This document shows positions 9,587 through 19,560 of a DNA stretch of 41,124 nt, piece by piece. How positions within the stretch are numbered: position 1 is the stretch's first letter; every line of letters begins with the position of its first letter. The notes beneath the pieces were generated by a model. The model saw only the letters and a program-made list of their open reading frames with translations, was not told the DNA's origin and did not search any database. Both the position numbers and the translations under genes were made by a program. The stretch comes from Bacteroidota bacterium (GTDB lineage: Bacteria > Bacteroidota > Bacteroidia > Flavobacteriales_D > JABDKJ01), in NCBI GenBank assembly GCA_024279715.1, contig JAJRRH010000154.1, forward strand, positions 1 through 41,124. Direction: 5' to 3'.

Positions 9587-10144
9587 ATGGCATTAACCCC
9601 TACGACACAAATTGAACTTGGCTTTGTAGCCCCTTCTTTTTCATTACTAAACGTTGTAACAAACACATCTCAATCGTATGACTCGTTAAAGGGTAAAAAA
9701 GGCACGCTAGTGATGTTCATCTGCAATCATTGTCCATATGTCATTCATGTGCGACCAGAGTTGATACGATTAGCGAACGATTATATTCCCCAAGGCATTG
9801 GATTTATAGCCATTTCCTCCAATGACATAGAGGCTGTACCACAAGACTCTCCTGAAATGATGAGTAAACTTGCTAAGGATGAGCAATTTTCTTTTCCTTA
9901 CCTATATGATGAGAGACAATCTGTCGCCAAATCTTATGATGCTGCTTGCACACCTGACTTTGCATTATTTGATGCTTCAGATATTTGTGTGTATAGAGGA
10001 AGACTAGATGATTCTAGGCCAGGAAATGACATTGCCTTAAGTGGTAAAGATATGAGGCAAGCTTTGGATAATATAATTCACCAAAACCCGCAAGAAAAAA
10101 TACAATACCCAAGTCTTGGGTGCAATATAAAATGGAAAAAATGA
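9587..10144 (+). CDS. Thioredoxin-family (AhpC/TSA, PRX-like) protein
   Basis: FICNHCPYV, AISSND, YDAACTPDF, YRGRLDD and GCNIKWK. Start set at ATG 9587, downstream of the TATCTTTG promoter (9567-9574). Confidence 0.92.
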   Translation: MALTPTTQIELGFVAPSFSLLNVVTNTSQSYDSLKGKKGTLVMFICNHCPYVIHVRPELIRLANDYIPQGIGFIAISSNDIEAVPQDSPEMMSKLAKDEQFSFPYLYDERQSVAKSYDAACTPDFALFDASDICVYRGRLDDSRPGNDIALSGKDMRQALDNIIHQNPQEKIQYPSLGCNIKWKK

Positions 10145-10725
10145 GACACAATTTAAGTGAAATCAACAATATAATAAAAGACCGTAGAACAGTATATCCT
10201 GAGCAGTTTTCAGACAGGCAAGTTCACAAAGAAATTATCACTAATATCATTCAAAATGCGACATGGGCTCCTACTCATGGCATGACACAACCCTGGCAAT
10301 TTAAGGTATTCGTGAATGAAGGACTTCAAAAATTGGCTGATTTTCTTGGCAGCTTTTACAAAGCCAACGTGCCATCTGATATCTACAAGGAGATGAAATT
10401 TAAAAAATTATCTACACGACCTTTGCTTGCGCCTGCTGTCATCGCAGTAGGAATGAAGAGAGACCCAAAAAAAAGCATCCCCGAAATAGAAGAAATAGAG
10501 GCTGTGGCTTGTGCGATACAGAACATGTACCTTACAGCAACTGCATATGGCATAGGAGCGTTTTGGGCAAGCCCAAAAATAATCTACAACCCGAAGATTA
10601 ATGATTTCTTTGGTCTTGGAGAGAAAGATAAATTAATAGGACTCATCTTTTTGGGATACCCAAAGGATGAATGGCCTAAAGGACAAAGAAAACCAATCGA
10701 TCAATGTACTGAATGGGTTGGGTAA
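10141..10725 (+). CDS. Nitroreductase family protein
   Basis: IKDRRT, WAPTHG.TQPW.F, CAIQNMYL.ATAYGIG..W and LGYP. The ATGA overlap with the upstream stop implies translational coupling. Confidence 0.9.
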   Translation: MRHNLSEINNIIKDRRTVYPEQFSDRQVHKEIITNIIQNATWAPTHGMTQPWQFKVFVNEGLQKLADFLGSFYKANVPSDIYKEMKFKKLSTRPLLAPAVIAVGMKRDPKKSIPEIEEIEAVACAIQNMYLTATAYGIGAFWASPKIIYNPKINDFFGLGEKDKLIGLIFLGYPKDEWPKGQRKPIDQCTEWVG

Positions 10726-10737
10726 TACAAAATATGT

Positions 10738-11097
10738 ATGAATAACGACCCGATGTATGAAGCGCTACTCAACTTTAATAATTATGAGGCGCACCCATCT
10801 GAAAATAGTTATACTGTGTTTCATTTTGCAAAAAAAGAAGCGGCTCTATATTTTGAAAACCTCTTGATTGAAAATGATGTTTTTTTTGAAAAAGATGAAA
10901 CAGGCAACCATCGAAAGAAATATCTCTTTGGTGTAAAAACCAGAGATTTTGAGAAGGTTAAACCATTGAATAACTTGACGAAAGGATTGTATCGAGAAAG
11001 AACGATTAAGAATAAATTTGCAGGAGTTTTCATCCTTGTTGTTACGGCAATCTTGATCATTCTAGCAATCATCGGTTTTATCATTTCCAATCTATAA
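10738..11097 (+). CDS. Hypothetical protein with C-terminal membrane anchor
   Basis: 119-aa ORF in operon context with a single C-terminal hydrophobic helix. Confidence 0.65.
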   Translation: MNNDPMYEALLNFNNYEAHPSENSYTVFHFAKKEAALYFENLLIENDVFFEKDETGNHRKKYLFGVKTRDFEKVKPLNNLTKGLYRERTIKNKFAGVFILVVTAILIILAIIGFIISNL

Positions 11098-11117
11098 AAC
11101 AGTATAGCATCAATACT

Positions 11118-11142
11118 GAAACAATTTCAATACTTTTTCGTT
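11118..11142 (+). promoter_or_regulatory. Putative ECF-sigma promoter
   Basis: GAAAC-N16-CGTT, 26 nt before the M23 peptidase start. Confidence 0.45.
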
Positions 11143-11168
11143 AGACTAAATGGAAAATTTATTGAAAT

Positions 11169-12323
11169 ATGCAACTCTTCACACTCTATAGTAGAAATGC
11201 TATACTGGCTATTATTGCCTTCACAACTATCTTTACCTCGAACATAGCGAAGGCAACAGATCCGCCTACCAATCCTCCAACCTATACTGGATCAAAGGAC
11301 ACCACCACTGCCCTAGTGGTCTATGGAAGCATTATACAAAACTCGAATAGCTCTATAAGCAATGAAATGTACACCTACTTAGATTCTATTCTAGACTTAG
11401 AGTATGTTACCAATGAAACTATCGAAGAAATTGCTTTCTGCAAATCACTCTTCGAAAAAGACGAAAAGGAATTATCCGAAATATCTGATTCTCTTTTTCA
11501 ACTTGACAAGATTCCATTTGCAATGATCAACGAAGTAAATTACCAGTTGTCTAAAAGGGACGAGGACATACCAATGGCATTTACAATTCCTTATGATGAT
11601 TCTCCATATCCGGCAAACAGCATTTACCAGAGTTGGAATACCACTCGTGCGCATCCTTATTCACTGGATCTGTCCAAAAATGATTCTATTATTTCACTTC
11701 AACTGACAGATGAAAACAATTTTTGCGACTATCAATTTCCGTTAAGAGGAAGAAACATAGTAACTTCTAAATTCGGTTGGAGACAAGGGCGAAACCATAA
11801 TGGATACGATATTGACCTTGAAGTTTGGGATCCAGTCAGATCTTCATTTGCAGGTGTTGTACGGGTTTCTTCCACAGTGGGTCATTACGGACGACTAGTA
11901 GTAGTACGCCACTATAACGGACTTGAGACGTACTATGCACACCTTCACAGATTCAAAGTGAAGACCGGTGATGTAGTTGAAGCTGGTGACATCATCGGCT
12001 TGGGAGGTAGCTCCGGAAGATCTACCGGAAGTCACCTTCATTATGAAATAAGACACAAAGGAATACCGTTAGATCCAGGGCAGATTGTTGATTTCAAAGA
12101 AGAAAAACTAATTTCTGATAATATTGTTCTTAGCAAGACAAAATGGAGTTATGGAATTATCCAAAAAAGTGTTACCTTTCACCTCGTTAAAAGAGGAGAA
12201 TATTTACAAAAAATAGCCGATAAATATGGGCAGTCAATCGATACATTATGCGATTTAAATGGGATAAAAAGAAATTCAGTATTAAAGGTCGGACAGAAAC
12301 TACAAGTACTTCCTTCTCAATAA
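11169..12323 (+). CDS. M23 family peptidoglycan endopeptidase with C-terminal LysM domain
   Basis: Signal peptide, HNGYD (HxxxD), YAHL and STGSHLHYE (HxH). LysM segment HLVKRGEYLQKIADKYG...LNGI...LKVGQKL. Confidence 0.92.
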   Translation: MQLFTLYSRNAILAIIAFTTIFTSNIAKATDPPTNPPTYTGSKDTTTALVVYGSIIQNSNSSISNEMYTYLDSILDLEYVTNETIEEIAFCKSLFEKDEKELSEISDSLFQLDKIPFAMINEVNYQLSKRDEDIPMAFTIPYDDSPYPANSIYQSWNTTRAHPYSLDLSKNDSIISLQLTDENNFCDYQFPLRGRNIVTSKFGWRQGRNHNGYDIDLEVWDPVRSSFAGVVRVSSTVGHYGRLVVVRHYNGLETYYAHLHRFKVKTGDVVEAGDIIGLGGSSGRSTGSHLHYEIRHKGIPLDPGQIVDFKEEKLISDNIVLSKTKWSYGIIQKSVTFHLVKRGEYLQKIADKYGQSIDTLCDLNGIKRNSVLKVGQKLQVLPSQ

Positions 12324-13018
12324 GAACCCTGCTTGTTATAGTTTTCTTTAGTGCTGTCCAAAGTTCTTTTTCGCAAGACCTAGTCACTACGGTAGGCATT
12401 CAATATAAACCTATATTTTCAACAGATTACACTGGTGGAGGACTACAAACCACCATTGAAGACAATCTAAAAATGACCTTGGAATTACAAAGAGGTAGTT
12501 CCTTTGGGTTGATTATCCGCAAAGGAATGACGAAATCCATAAGTGTAGAAACAGGTATTAATTCTGTAACAAGAAGATTTGAATTAAATGTAGATGTTTT
12601 GGATACCAATTTTTCTAAAACTCTAAACTACAAACTGACCAATTACGAGATCCCTCTTCAAGGATTAGTATTCATTCAATTGGGCGAAAGATCATGGATA
12701 AATTCGTCCGTAGGCGTATCTCTTAGTTTTTTTCCAGGAGACCTTCTCACCACCAAACCATACTTCGCTGTACAAACCGCCCGATATCGCAGAATGCAGT
12801 TTGCCCTAATTGCGAATGTCGGTTACGAGTATAGAACAGAAAAAAGTGGCTATTGGTATATTGGCACTTCCTTCTACAATCCTTTTAGAGCTATCGCTCA
12901 ATCAGAAGGTCTATACAGCCCCTTTGGCAATGTCGAACAAAGAGCGAATATTGATATCAATGGCAACTATATCACTTTAGACTTCCGATACTTTTTTCAT
13001 GAAAAACCTGAGAAATAA
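12248..13018 (+). CDS. Putative outer-membrane beta-barrel protein (start uncertain)
   Basis: Signal-like LLVIVFFSAVQSSFS-Q, alternating amphipathic strands, YEIPL motif and C-terminal YITLDFRYFF. Confidence 0.6.
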   Translation: MRFKWDKKKFSIKGRTETTSTSFSIRTLLVIVFFSAVQSSFSQDLVTTVGIQYKPIFSTDYTGGGLQTTIEDNLKMTLELQRGSSFGLIIRKGMTKSISVETGINSVTRRFELNVDVLDTNFSKTLNYKLTNYEIPLQGLVFIQLGERSWINSSVGVSLSFFPGDLLTTKPYFAVQTARYRRMQFALIANVGYEYRTEKSGYWYIGTSFYNPFRAIAQSEGLYSPFGNVEQRANIDINGNYITLDFRYFFHEKPEK

Positions 13019-13124
13019 TCAATTTCTGAGTTCATATTAATTTGTTCATTACTCTTTTTATTAGGCACATCTAAGCACGAGATTGGATTAAATTTGTAAT
13101 TCAAAACAAACACTCCTAATTACA

Positions 13125-15584
13125 ATGAGATTACTTTCAATTATTTTAGTATTCATAAGTATTAACTTCGCTTTATTCTCACAAGGTGAGACTTGCAATG
13201 AAGCTATGGAAATAACCATCAATAATACATATACAGCGGATGGACCTGCAACTGGTAACGGATGCTTCACTTGTGCGGGTACGGCAACCAATGCGGATTG
13301 GTATCAATTCACCCCCACGGCAGATGCAAGCATATCCATATCAAGTTGCATTAGTGGTCAAGATACACACTTCTATGTGTACACGGGAGATTGCGGCACT
13401 TTGACAGAGGTAGCTTCAAATGATGATAATGGATGTGGCGTAGGTACTAATTTTGCATCTTATGCAGAGCTGAACATAATAGCCGGCACCACATACTATA
13501 TCGAATGGACAGACCAATGGGCCAATGGATCCTTTGATTTTGTGATTGAAGAAATAGTGTGTCCTGCACCATCCAACCTTAGCTTCAGTAACATTACTGA
13601 CCAGTCGGTAGAAATAGACTGGACCTCAGCCAATATAGGCACTGACTTTGCACTCGAATATGGCGAGTTTGGATTCACCCAAGGTACAGGCACGATAATA
13701 ACAGGTGTACTTGGTACAGATGGTCCTTCCGTTCTGATTGAGGGACTTACGCCTGCCACAAGTTACGAATGTTATCTAACCGAAAACTGTGCTGGCGGTG
13801 CCGTCACTACCCAATCCATCAATTTTGAGACTTTTGTTGAACTGGCATCCAATGATCTTTGTGAAAATGCTATTGAGCTAACCTGCGGATTGAGCATTAC
13901 TAGTTCAAACATCAATGCCACGCTAGACACCAATGCGCCACAATGCGGACAGGTAGAAGTCGATGCAAATGGAATTTGGTATCACTTTACAGGAGAGGAA
14001 AGTTTTATCACCATCACGACATGTGCCCCAGTTGGATTTGATTCGCGATTGTCTGTTTATACCTCTGGAGATTCTTGCAACGACTTAGTGTGTGTCGTGG
14101 CGAATGACGATGACATAGATTGTACTAATTTTTCTTCTACTGTACATTTTACCGGGCAAACAGGTGTTGATTATTACGTATTGGTACATGGATTTGAAGG
14201 TTCTACAGGAGAGTTTACTATCAATTTAACATGTGAAGAACTCTGTTCACCTGTTCCGTCGAATGGAATGTGCGCCAATGCAACCCCAATTGACATTAGC
14301 GCAGATTGTGAGATGATTCCGGCTACGAATCAATGCGCTAGTTTTAATCTTATGAATCCAGAGTGTTCTCCTTTTCAAGAAACTCAGGATGTGTGGTACA
14401 CCTTCAACTCAGGGGATTCAGAAAGCGTAGGTATTACTGCCAATACTATTGATGCATCAGAGTTAGGGTTTTCAGTATATAGTGACTGTGGGGGTGAATC
14501 TATTATTTGCATTGAATCTTATGATGTCTTTACCGCATTTAGTGTTGAACCAAACACGGACTACTACATTCAGTTCTGGTCTCAATATGATGATGCAGGT
14601 AGTTTTGAATTCTGCCTTACTGACAATGTTTGTTCAGGTGCTTCCGATGTATCCGCATCAGTATCCGATACAGATGTTGTGATATCATGGACTTCAGCAA
14701 ATCCTGACCAAGCATTTATTGTAGAGTATGGAGAGGCTGGATTCATTCAAGGGAATGGATTCACAGTAACCGGTGTTTCTGGTACAGACGGACCTCCTGT
14801 CACTATCCCAGGATTGATGGATGACACACAATATGAATATTATATTACGGAAGCGTGTGAGTTTGGAGAATTTATTTCTGGCCCTCATACTTTTACTATT
14901 GGCAGTGTGCCTCCGATTAATGACGAGTGCGTTAATGCCACTGATATTCCTGATTGTATTTTCACAATTGATGGGACTACAATCAACGCCTCTGTTGCGC
15001 AAGTCCCTGAATGTAGCAGTGTCGCCTCCACCGCTCCTGGAGTATGGTATCATATTCCCCAAGCATTTGATCTTCTTACATATTCTGCCAGCACTTGTGA
15101 TAACGCAAGTTTTGACACAAAAATAAGTGTTTTTACTGGCTCTTGCGACAATCTAGTTTGCCTGGATGCCAATGACAATAGTGCTGCGTGTATAAATACG
15201 TCCTCATCTCAAATAATCTATAATACTTCAGAACCTGAAGTATGGATTCTTGTTCATGGCAATGCCTCTGAAACGGGAGATTTCACGCTTACTATGGATT
15301 GTACTGACGGAATTAATGAAATAGCAAACAGCCAAGAACTTGTTATTTCACCTAATCCAACATCAGGTAGTATTCGTATTGCATTTGATAATTCGAAATT
15401 CAATTCGGATATTACTGTTAAGATATTCAATACACTCGGACAAGAAGTATATAGTCAAAGTAAAATCAATCCTATGAATGGGTTAATTGATAATATCGAT
15501 CTGAATTTATTATCTAGCGGTCAATATTTCATAGCGCTTGGAGATAATAAAAACACAGTTCATGCTAAAATCACCATTGAATAG
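13125..15584 (+). CDS. T9SS type A CTD secreted protein with FN3 and Cys-rich beta-sandwich repeats
   Basis: Signal peptide ending ALFS-Q. Repeated ND.C..A...WY.F...C...FD...VY.G.C..L.C...ND modules and two FN3-like WTSAN...EYG..GF.QG.G units. CTD ISPNPTSG...IFNTLGQ...LSSGQYFI...KITIE. Promoter TAAATTTG at 13089-13096. Confidence 0.9.
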   Translation: MRLLSIILVFISINFALFSQGETCNEAMEITINNTYTADGPATGNGCFTCAGTATNADWYQFTPTADASISISSCISGQDTHFYVYTGDCGTLTEVASNDDNGCGVGTNFASYAELNIIAGTTYYIEWTDQWANGSFDFVIEEIVCPAPSNLSFSNITDQSVEIDWTSANIGTDFALEYGEFGFTQGTGTIITGVLGTDGPSVLIEGLTPATSYECYLTENCAGGAVTTQSINFETFVELASNDLCENAIELTCGLSITSSNINATLDTNAPQCGQVEVDANGIWYHFTGEESFITITTCAPVGFDSRLSVYTSGDSCNDLVCVVANDDDIDCTNFSSTVHFTGQTGVDYYVLVHGFEGSTGEFTINLTCEELCSPVPSNGMCANATPIDISADCEMIPATNQCASFNLMNPECSPFQETQDVWYTFNSGDSESVGITANTIDASELGFSVYSDCGGESIICIESYDVFTAFSVEPNTDYYIQFWSQYDDAGSFEFCLTDNVCSGASDVSASVSDTDVVISWTSANPDQAFIVEYGEAGFIQGNGFTVTGVSGTDGPPVTIPGLMDDTQYEYYITEACEFGEFISGPHTFTIGSVPPINDECVNATDIPDCIFTIDGTTINASVAQVPECSSVASTAPGVWYHIPQAFDLLTYSASTCDNASFDTKISVFTGSCDNLVCLDANDNSAACINTSSSQIIYNTSEPEVWILVHGNASETGDFTLTMDCTDGINEIANSQELVISPNPTSGSIRIAFDNSKFNSDITVKIFNTLGQEVYSQSKINPMNGLIDNIDLNLLSSGQYFIALGDNKNTVHAKITIE

Positions 15585-15610
15585 ATCCTTTTTATTCTAG
15601 CAAGAAATCC

Positions 15611-15644
15611 ATAGCCGTATCCATTTTTGGTGCGGCTATTTTTT
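15611..15644 (+). terminator. Intrinsic terminator
   Basis: ATAGCCGTATCCA-TTTT-TGGTGCGGCTAT hairpin followed by a T tract. Confidence 0.8.
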
Positions 15645-15736
15645 GTTTATAAATTTAACTGGATGCAATAACTGTTCTAAAACAAAATTGGTTAATTTTG
15701 CACTCAATAATTTTAGTTACAAAAACATTCTACACT

Positions 15737-16102
15737 ATGTATTCAATTAATGGAAAAATAAAAGTTTTGGGCGAAGTTGCTCAAATCACTGATACATTCA
15801 AAAAGAGAGAAGTGGTACTTACTCTAGACTCTGGTCAATACCCACAACATATTTCATTTCAAATGGTTCAAGACAATTGCAACCTCGTAGATGGCATGGC
15901 TGTAGGAGAAGAAGTGAAATTTCATTTTGATATCAGAGGTAGAGAATGGACATCACCATCTGGAGAAGTAAAATACTTCAACTCTTTAAATGTTTGGAGA
16001 GCGGAGAAAGTTACTGCTGCTGCACCTGCACCTAGTGCGCCTGCTCCAGCGACCAGTGATGCTCCTCCATTGCCAGTGGAAGAAGACGATTTACCATTCT
16101 AG
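15737..16102 (+). CDS. DUF3127 family protein (SSB-like OB fold with acidic DDLPF tail)
   Basis: FKKRE.V, YPQ.I.F, F.IRGREW and YFNSL..WR motifs, an Ala/Pro linker and a C-terminal EEDDLPF. Start set at ATG 15737 because the TTG at 15698 lies inside the TAATTTTG promoter. Confidence 0.88.
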   Translation: MYSINGKIKVLGEVAQITDTFKKREVVLTLDSGQYPQHISFQMVQDNCNLVDGMAVGEEVKFHFDIRGREWTSPSGEVKYFNSLNVWRAEKVTAAAPAPSAPAPATSDAPPLPVEEDDLPF

Positions 16103-17280
16103 TCAACCGTACGCACATCATATATATCTCTCAATCGATTGCCGATAAGCATGAAGGAGAGAACCATAACCATGATACATAGACCAGGGATCACCGCTAA
16201 ATACGCTAGGTCTGTGGTGATAAATGGATAGTGGTCTTTGATCATCATGCCCCATGAAGGCATTGGTATCTGTGTGCCTATACCTAAGAAGCTAAGGCCT
16301 GCCTCAATGAGAATAGCAGAAGCGAAATTTGCTGCTGAAATGACTATTACTGGTCCAATAATATTGGGGAGAATATGTTTGGATATTATTCTATACTCCG
16401 AGTAACCGAGGGCTTTACCAGCCTCTACATAATCTAATTCTCGTGTGCTAATCACCTGTCCACGTACTACCCGTGCTACCTCTACCCACATAGTCAGTCC
16501 TACAGCAATAAACACTTGTACAAACCCTTTTCCCATCACAAGAGTAATAGCTATGACCATCAACAATGTCGGAATTGACCAAATCACATTTACAAACCAC
16601 ATTATCACATTGTCTATCCACCCTCGATAATACCCAGCAACTGCCCCCAAAGTAACTCCTATTACCAAGGATATCAATACAGAGATAAATCCAACAGACA
16701 ATGAAAATATTACCCCTCCCATCAATCGACTCAAAAGATCTCTTCCAAAAGTGTCTGTCCCTAAATAATAGGTTCTTCGTTCGATATTACGAAGCACATC
16801 ATTGTTAATTTCCGCAGAAGACATTCTAACGTCAGTTCCATCAATCGATACAAAACTTGCTGCATCATTAATGAATTGATAAGTGCTATCCACCATTGGG
16901 TACAAAACATCTGCGACCAACAAATTCTTTTCTTCGACTTCATCTAATGGCAAGAAAAACAATCTATCGCCTTCGATTCTATAATTCTGAATAGCAATTT
17001 CTCTGTACTCTCCCTCAGTCCCTCCAAAGAAAAGTCCCCCCAAAAGAGTACTGCTTTCTAATTTTTGGTTCTTCCGTACTTTTAGAATAGATACAGAATA
17101 CCCTGGTTTTTTCTTAGCCAAGACCAAGTTTTGCTTATTGGCATTTCTTGTGCCATCTGGTCGAATATATCCGCCCAAGACAGAAATCACTAATGCCATC
17201 ATTAGAATCACTAATCCAATGCGGGATCGGCTATCTTTCCATAATCGCGAGAAAAAACTTTTTTGTTCTGTCGTACTCAT
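16099..17280 (-). CDS. ABC transporter permease (OppC/DppC type) with large periplasmic insert
   Basis: LGTDTFGRDLLSRL, EAA-loop YVEAGKALG, HILPN, EAGLSFLG and PSWG.MI. Confidence 0.92.
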   Translation of the reverse strand: MSTTEQKSFFSRLWKDSRSRIGLVILMMALVISVLGGYIRPDGTRNANKQNLVLAKKKPGYSVSILKVRKNQKLESSTLLGGLFFGGTEGEYREIAIQNYRIEGDRLFFLPLDEVEEKNLLVADVLYPMVDSTYQFINDAASFVSIDGTDVRMSSAEINNDVLRNIERRTYYLGTDTFGRDLLSRLMGGVIFSLSVGFISVLISLVIGVTLGAVAGYYRGWIDNVIMWFVNVIWSIPTLLMVIAITLVMGKGFVQVFIAVGLTMWVEVARVVRGQVISTRELDYVEAGKALGYSEYRIISKHILPNIIGPVIVISAANFASAILIEAGLSFLGIGTQIPMPSWGMMIKDHYPFITTDLAYLAVIPGLCIMVMVLSFMLIGNRLRDIYDVRTVD

Positions 17281-18401
17281 TTTTTATATCTCCGTCCCTT
17301 CCAATTAAAATGTCCGAGTTGCGACTTAATGAAAACCATTGGGACAAATAGAAGTTGGATAAATATACTTAAAGGGTAAAACCAAAGAGCAGTAATTTTT
17401 TTAAACTTATAAGCAACCACTATTAAATAAAAGAAGTCTATCAAAACCTTTATACTAAAGACATACAGGAACAATTCTAATGCTTTAGATTCGAAAAAAC
17501 AAGCGACTCCAAGTCCCCAAATCATTATATACGTGAGGAGCACTGTCCACGCGACAACGGAAGTTGTGCGATCATTGTAGTGCATAGACTTTGAGGTCCA
17601 CCTCGCTCTTTGGTTTAGTAGGTCACTGAAGTTGTTAAAAGCAGAAGTCCTTGCGATTACAAATTCGTTCCATAACACACCTACGCCTTTAGGATACTTA
17701 GACTTAACTTGATGCATAAAAAACACATCATCCCCAGAGGCAATATGCTTATCCTTGGCATCGCTTCTGAATTCGTTGAAGACAGATTTTTTGAAAACAA
17801 AATTTGCACCATTACATATAATTGGGTTGTCAATTACTGCCCAAGCGGACGTAGTTCCAGCGAGTGCAAGTACATCCAAAGACTCAAACCAGCCTGCAAT
17901 GGATTTCTCGTTCTCAATTAGAACTGGTAGTATTAACATCTTCTTAGTGTCATCACTAAATACTGTTCGCACTTCATTCAACCACTCAGAGTGTAGGTGA
18001 ACATCAGCATCTAAAGTGGCTATTAAATCGAAACTTGCTTGCGCTATTCCAGAAGCAATAGCTCCTTTTTTCCCTGTTTCCGTTGAATTAATAATTTTAT
18101 AATCCCTGCTAAAACTTTCAAAAATGTACTCCTCTGTTTTATCATTACTCTGGTCGTCCACAAATATGATTTCAACCGAATGATTTTTAAAATTCATTTT
18201 ATCCAATGAACTAATGACTTTGACAATACGTTCTCTTTCATTTCTGAAGGGTATGATGATCGAGATTGGTATTAAACTATCCCTTTGGGTCTTTTTTACT
18301 TGATGAAACAATAAGATGACACATTGATACATTACCAACGCCGAGTATAGCACTATGAGAAAGAGTGACAGAAATCCTAAAACGGAAAAAAGATCAGTCA
18401 T
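17277..18401 (-). CDS. Glycosyltransferase family 2 (membrane-bound, processive-type motifs)
   Basis: SIIIPFRNE, VDDQSND, DAD, CNGAN, SGDD and QRARW, with N- and C-terminal TM helices. Confidence 0.92.
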   Translation of the reverse strand: MTDLFSVLGFLSLFLIVLYSALVMYQCVILLFHQVKKTQRDSLIPISIIIPFRNERERIVKVISSLDKMNFKNHSVEIIFVDDQSNDKTEEYIFESFSRDYKIINSTETGKKGAIASGIAQASFDLIATLDADVHLHSEWLNEVRTVFSDDTKKMLILPVLIENEKSIAGWFESLDVLALAGTTSAWAVIDNPIICNGANFVFKKSVFNEFRSDAKDKHIASGDDVFFMHQVKSKYPKGVGVLWNEFVIARTSAFNNFSDLLNQRARWTSKSMHYNDRTTSVVAWTVLLTYIMIWGLGVACFFESKALELFLYVFSIKVLIDFFYLIVVAYKFKKITALWFYPLSIFIQLLFVPMVFIKSQLGHFNWKGRRYKK

Positions 18402-19393
18402 TTATTGTTGTTCCTTGAGAGTGATTTTGGTGCAAAAATAAAGAACACGGCGCCAATTATCGACGGCAACATCATATTTATCAACCAGAGTATCAATGAA
18501 GCTACTACAATATATGCATCATTACCGATAATCGGGCCTAAAATAACCAATGCCGAGGTCTCTCTTAATCCAATACCAAAGAACATAGAAGGTAGCACAC
18601 TAATGACAAAAAAGCTTAAAGCCAACGGCATAAATAATGAGAAGAGACTCACAGAAGGGACAAAAATTAGTAATAACATAAAATATTGCAATAAGAAAAC
18701 TAAGTACCTAGCCGCACTCAATCCAAGAACAGACCATTTAATATGAATCGAATATTGCATTAACACTTTGAAGGAATCGCTTAACTTAAGTGAAGGTAAA
18801 AATCTATCCAAAGAATATATAATCTTGGTTGGAAAGAAATAAACGTAAGAAACGACTATTAGTAAGACAAAAGAAAACATAAATATATAGTCCGACTGCA
18901 AGAAGGCAACTTTGGATACTACAATTGCCGATAGCCCAACAATAACAGTGACGAACAGTTGGGCAAGACCACCAAAAACAGAAGCTATTACTGCTTCTCC
19001 TCTTACCTCCTTTGGAAAAAACCAAACCCTTCCAATAAAAGACCCTACTCTAAATGGGGTCAACATGGTGAATGCAAGCCCTGTAAGTACTGACCTATAA
19101 GCCTGTGAAATAGTTAATCTATGCGTATCTCTAAGTAAAAACCTCCACTTATAAGCCTCTATACCCCAATTGACGTAAGTTAAGGTTAAAACTGCCAATA
19201 ATAATATAACACCAGGCAAATGTGTTAATTTAATCAGCACATCATCCATTGAAATTGACAATTCAGGACTGCTAGAAAGTCGATTATAAACATACCATAC
19301 ACTCAGTACTAATACGCCAATAACCAATACTATTCGTAAATATGGTAATCTTCTACGTTGTCCGATTTGACTTAGTACTGCCGTTATGTCCAT
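18398..19393 (-). CDS. Lysylphosphatidylglycerol-synthase TM domain / flippase-like membrane protein
   Basis: NWGIEAYKWRFL, TPFRVG.F.GR, GIGLRE and LWLIN..LP...G. Polytopic. Confidence 0.82.
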   Translation of the reverse strand: MDITAVLSQIGQRRRLPYLRIVLVIGVLVLSVWYVYNRLSSSPELSISMDDVLIKLTHLPGVILLLAVLTLTYVNWGIEAYKWRFLLRDTHRLTISQAYRSVLTGLAFTMLTPFRVGSFIGRVWFFPKEVRGEAVIASVFGGLAQLFVTVIVGLSAIVVSKVAFLQSDYIFMFSFVLLIVVSYVYFFPTKIIYSLDRFLPSLKLSDSFKVLMQYSIHIKWSVLGLSAARYLVFLLQYFMLLLIFVPSVSLFSLFMPLALSFFVISVLPSMFFGIGLRETSALVILGPIIGNDAYIVVASLILWLINMMLPSIIGAVFFIFAPKSLSRNNNK

Positions 19394-19560
19394 CCCACTA
19401 TATTTGTCACCGCGCTTTTTTTGTCTTTCCCGTATTGGTTATACAAACCTACGTAAAATAATGGCTTCCCGCTAGTTTCAAATGTATCTCAATGATTATA
19501 GACTCACTTTATCTATATCTATATAATTACTATAAAATAATTACCTTCGTCCAAGACAAC

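Noticed and set aside
9499-9666. N-terminal extension of the SDR ORF
   Set aside because: It overlaps the divergent redoxin gene and its promoter. The Rossmann motif starts right after ATG 9498.
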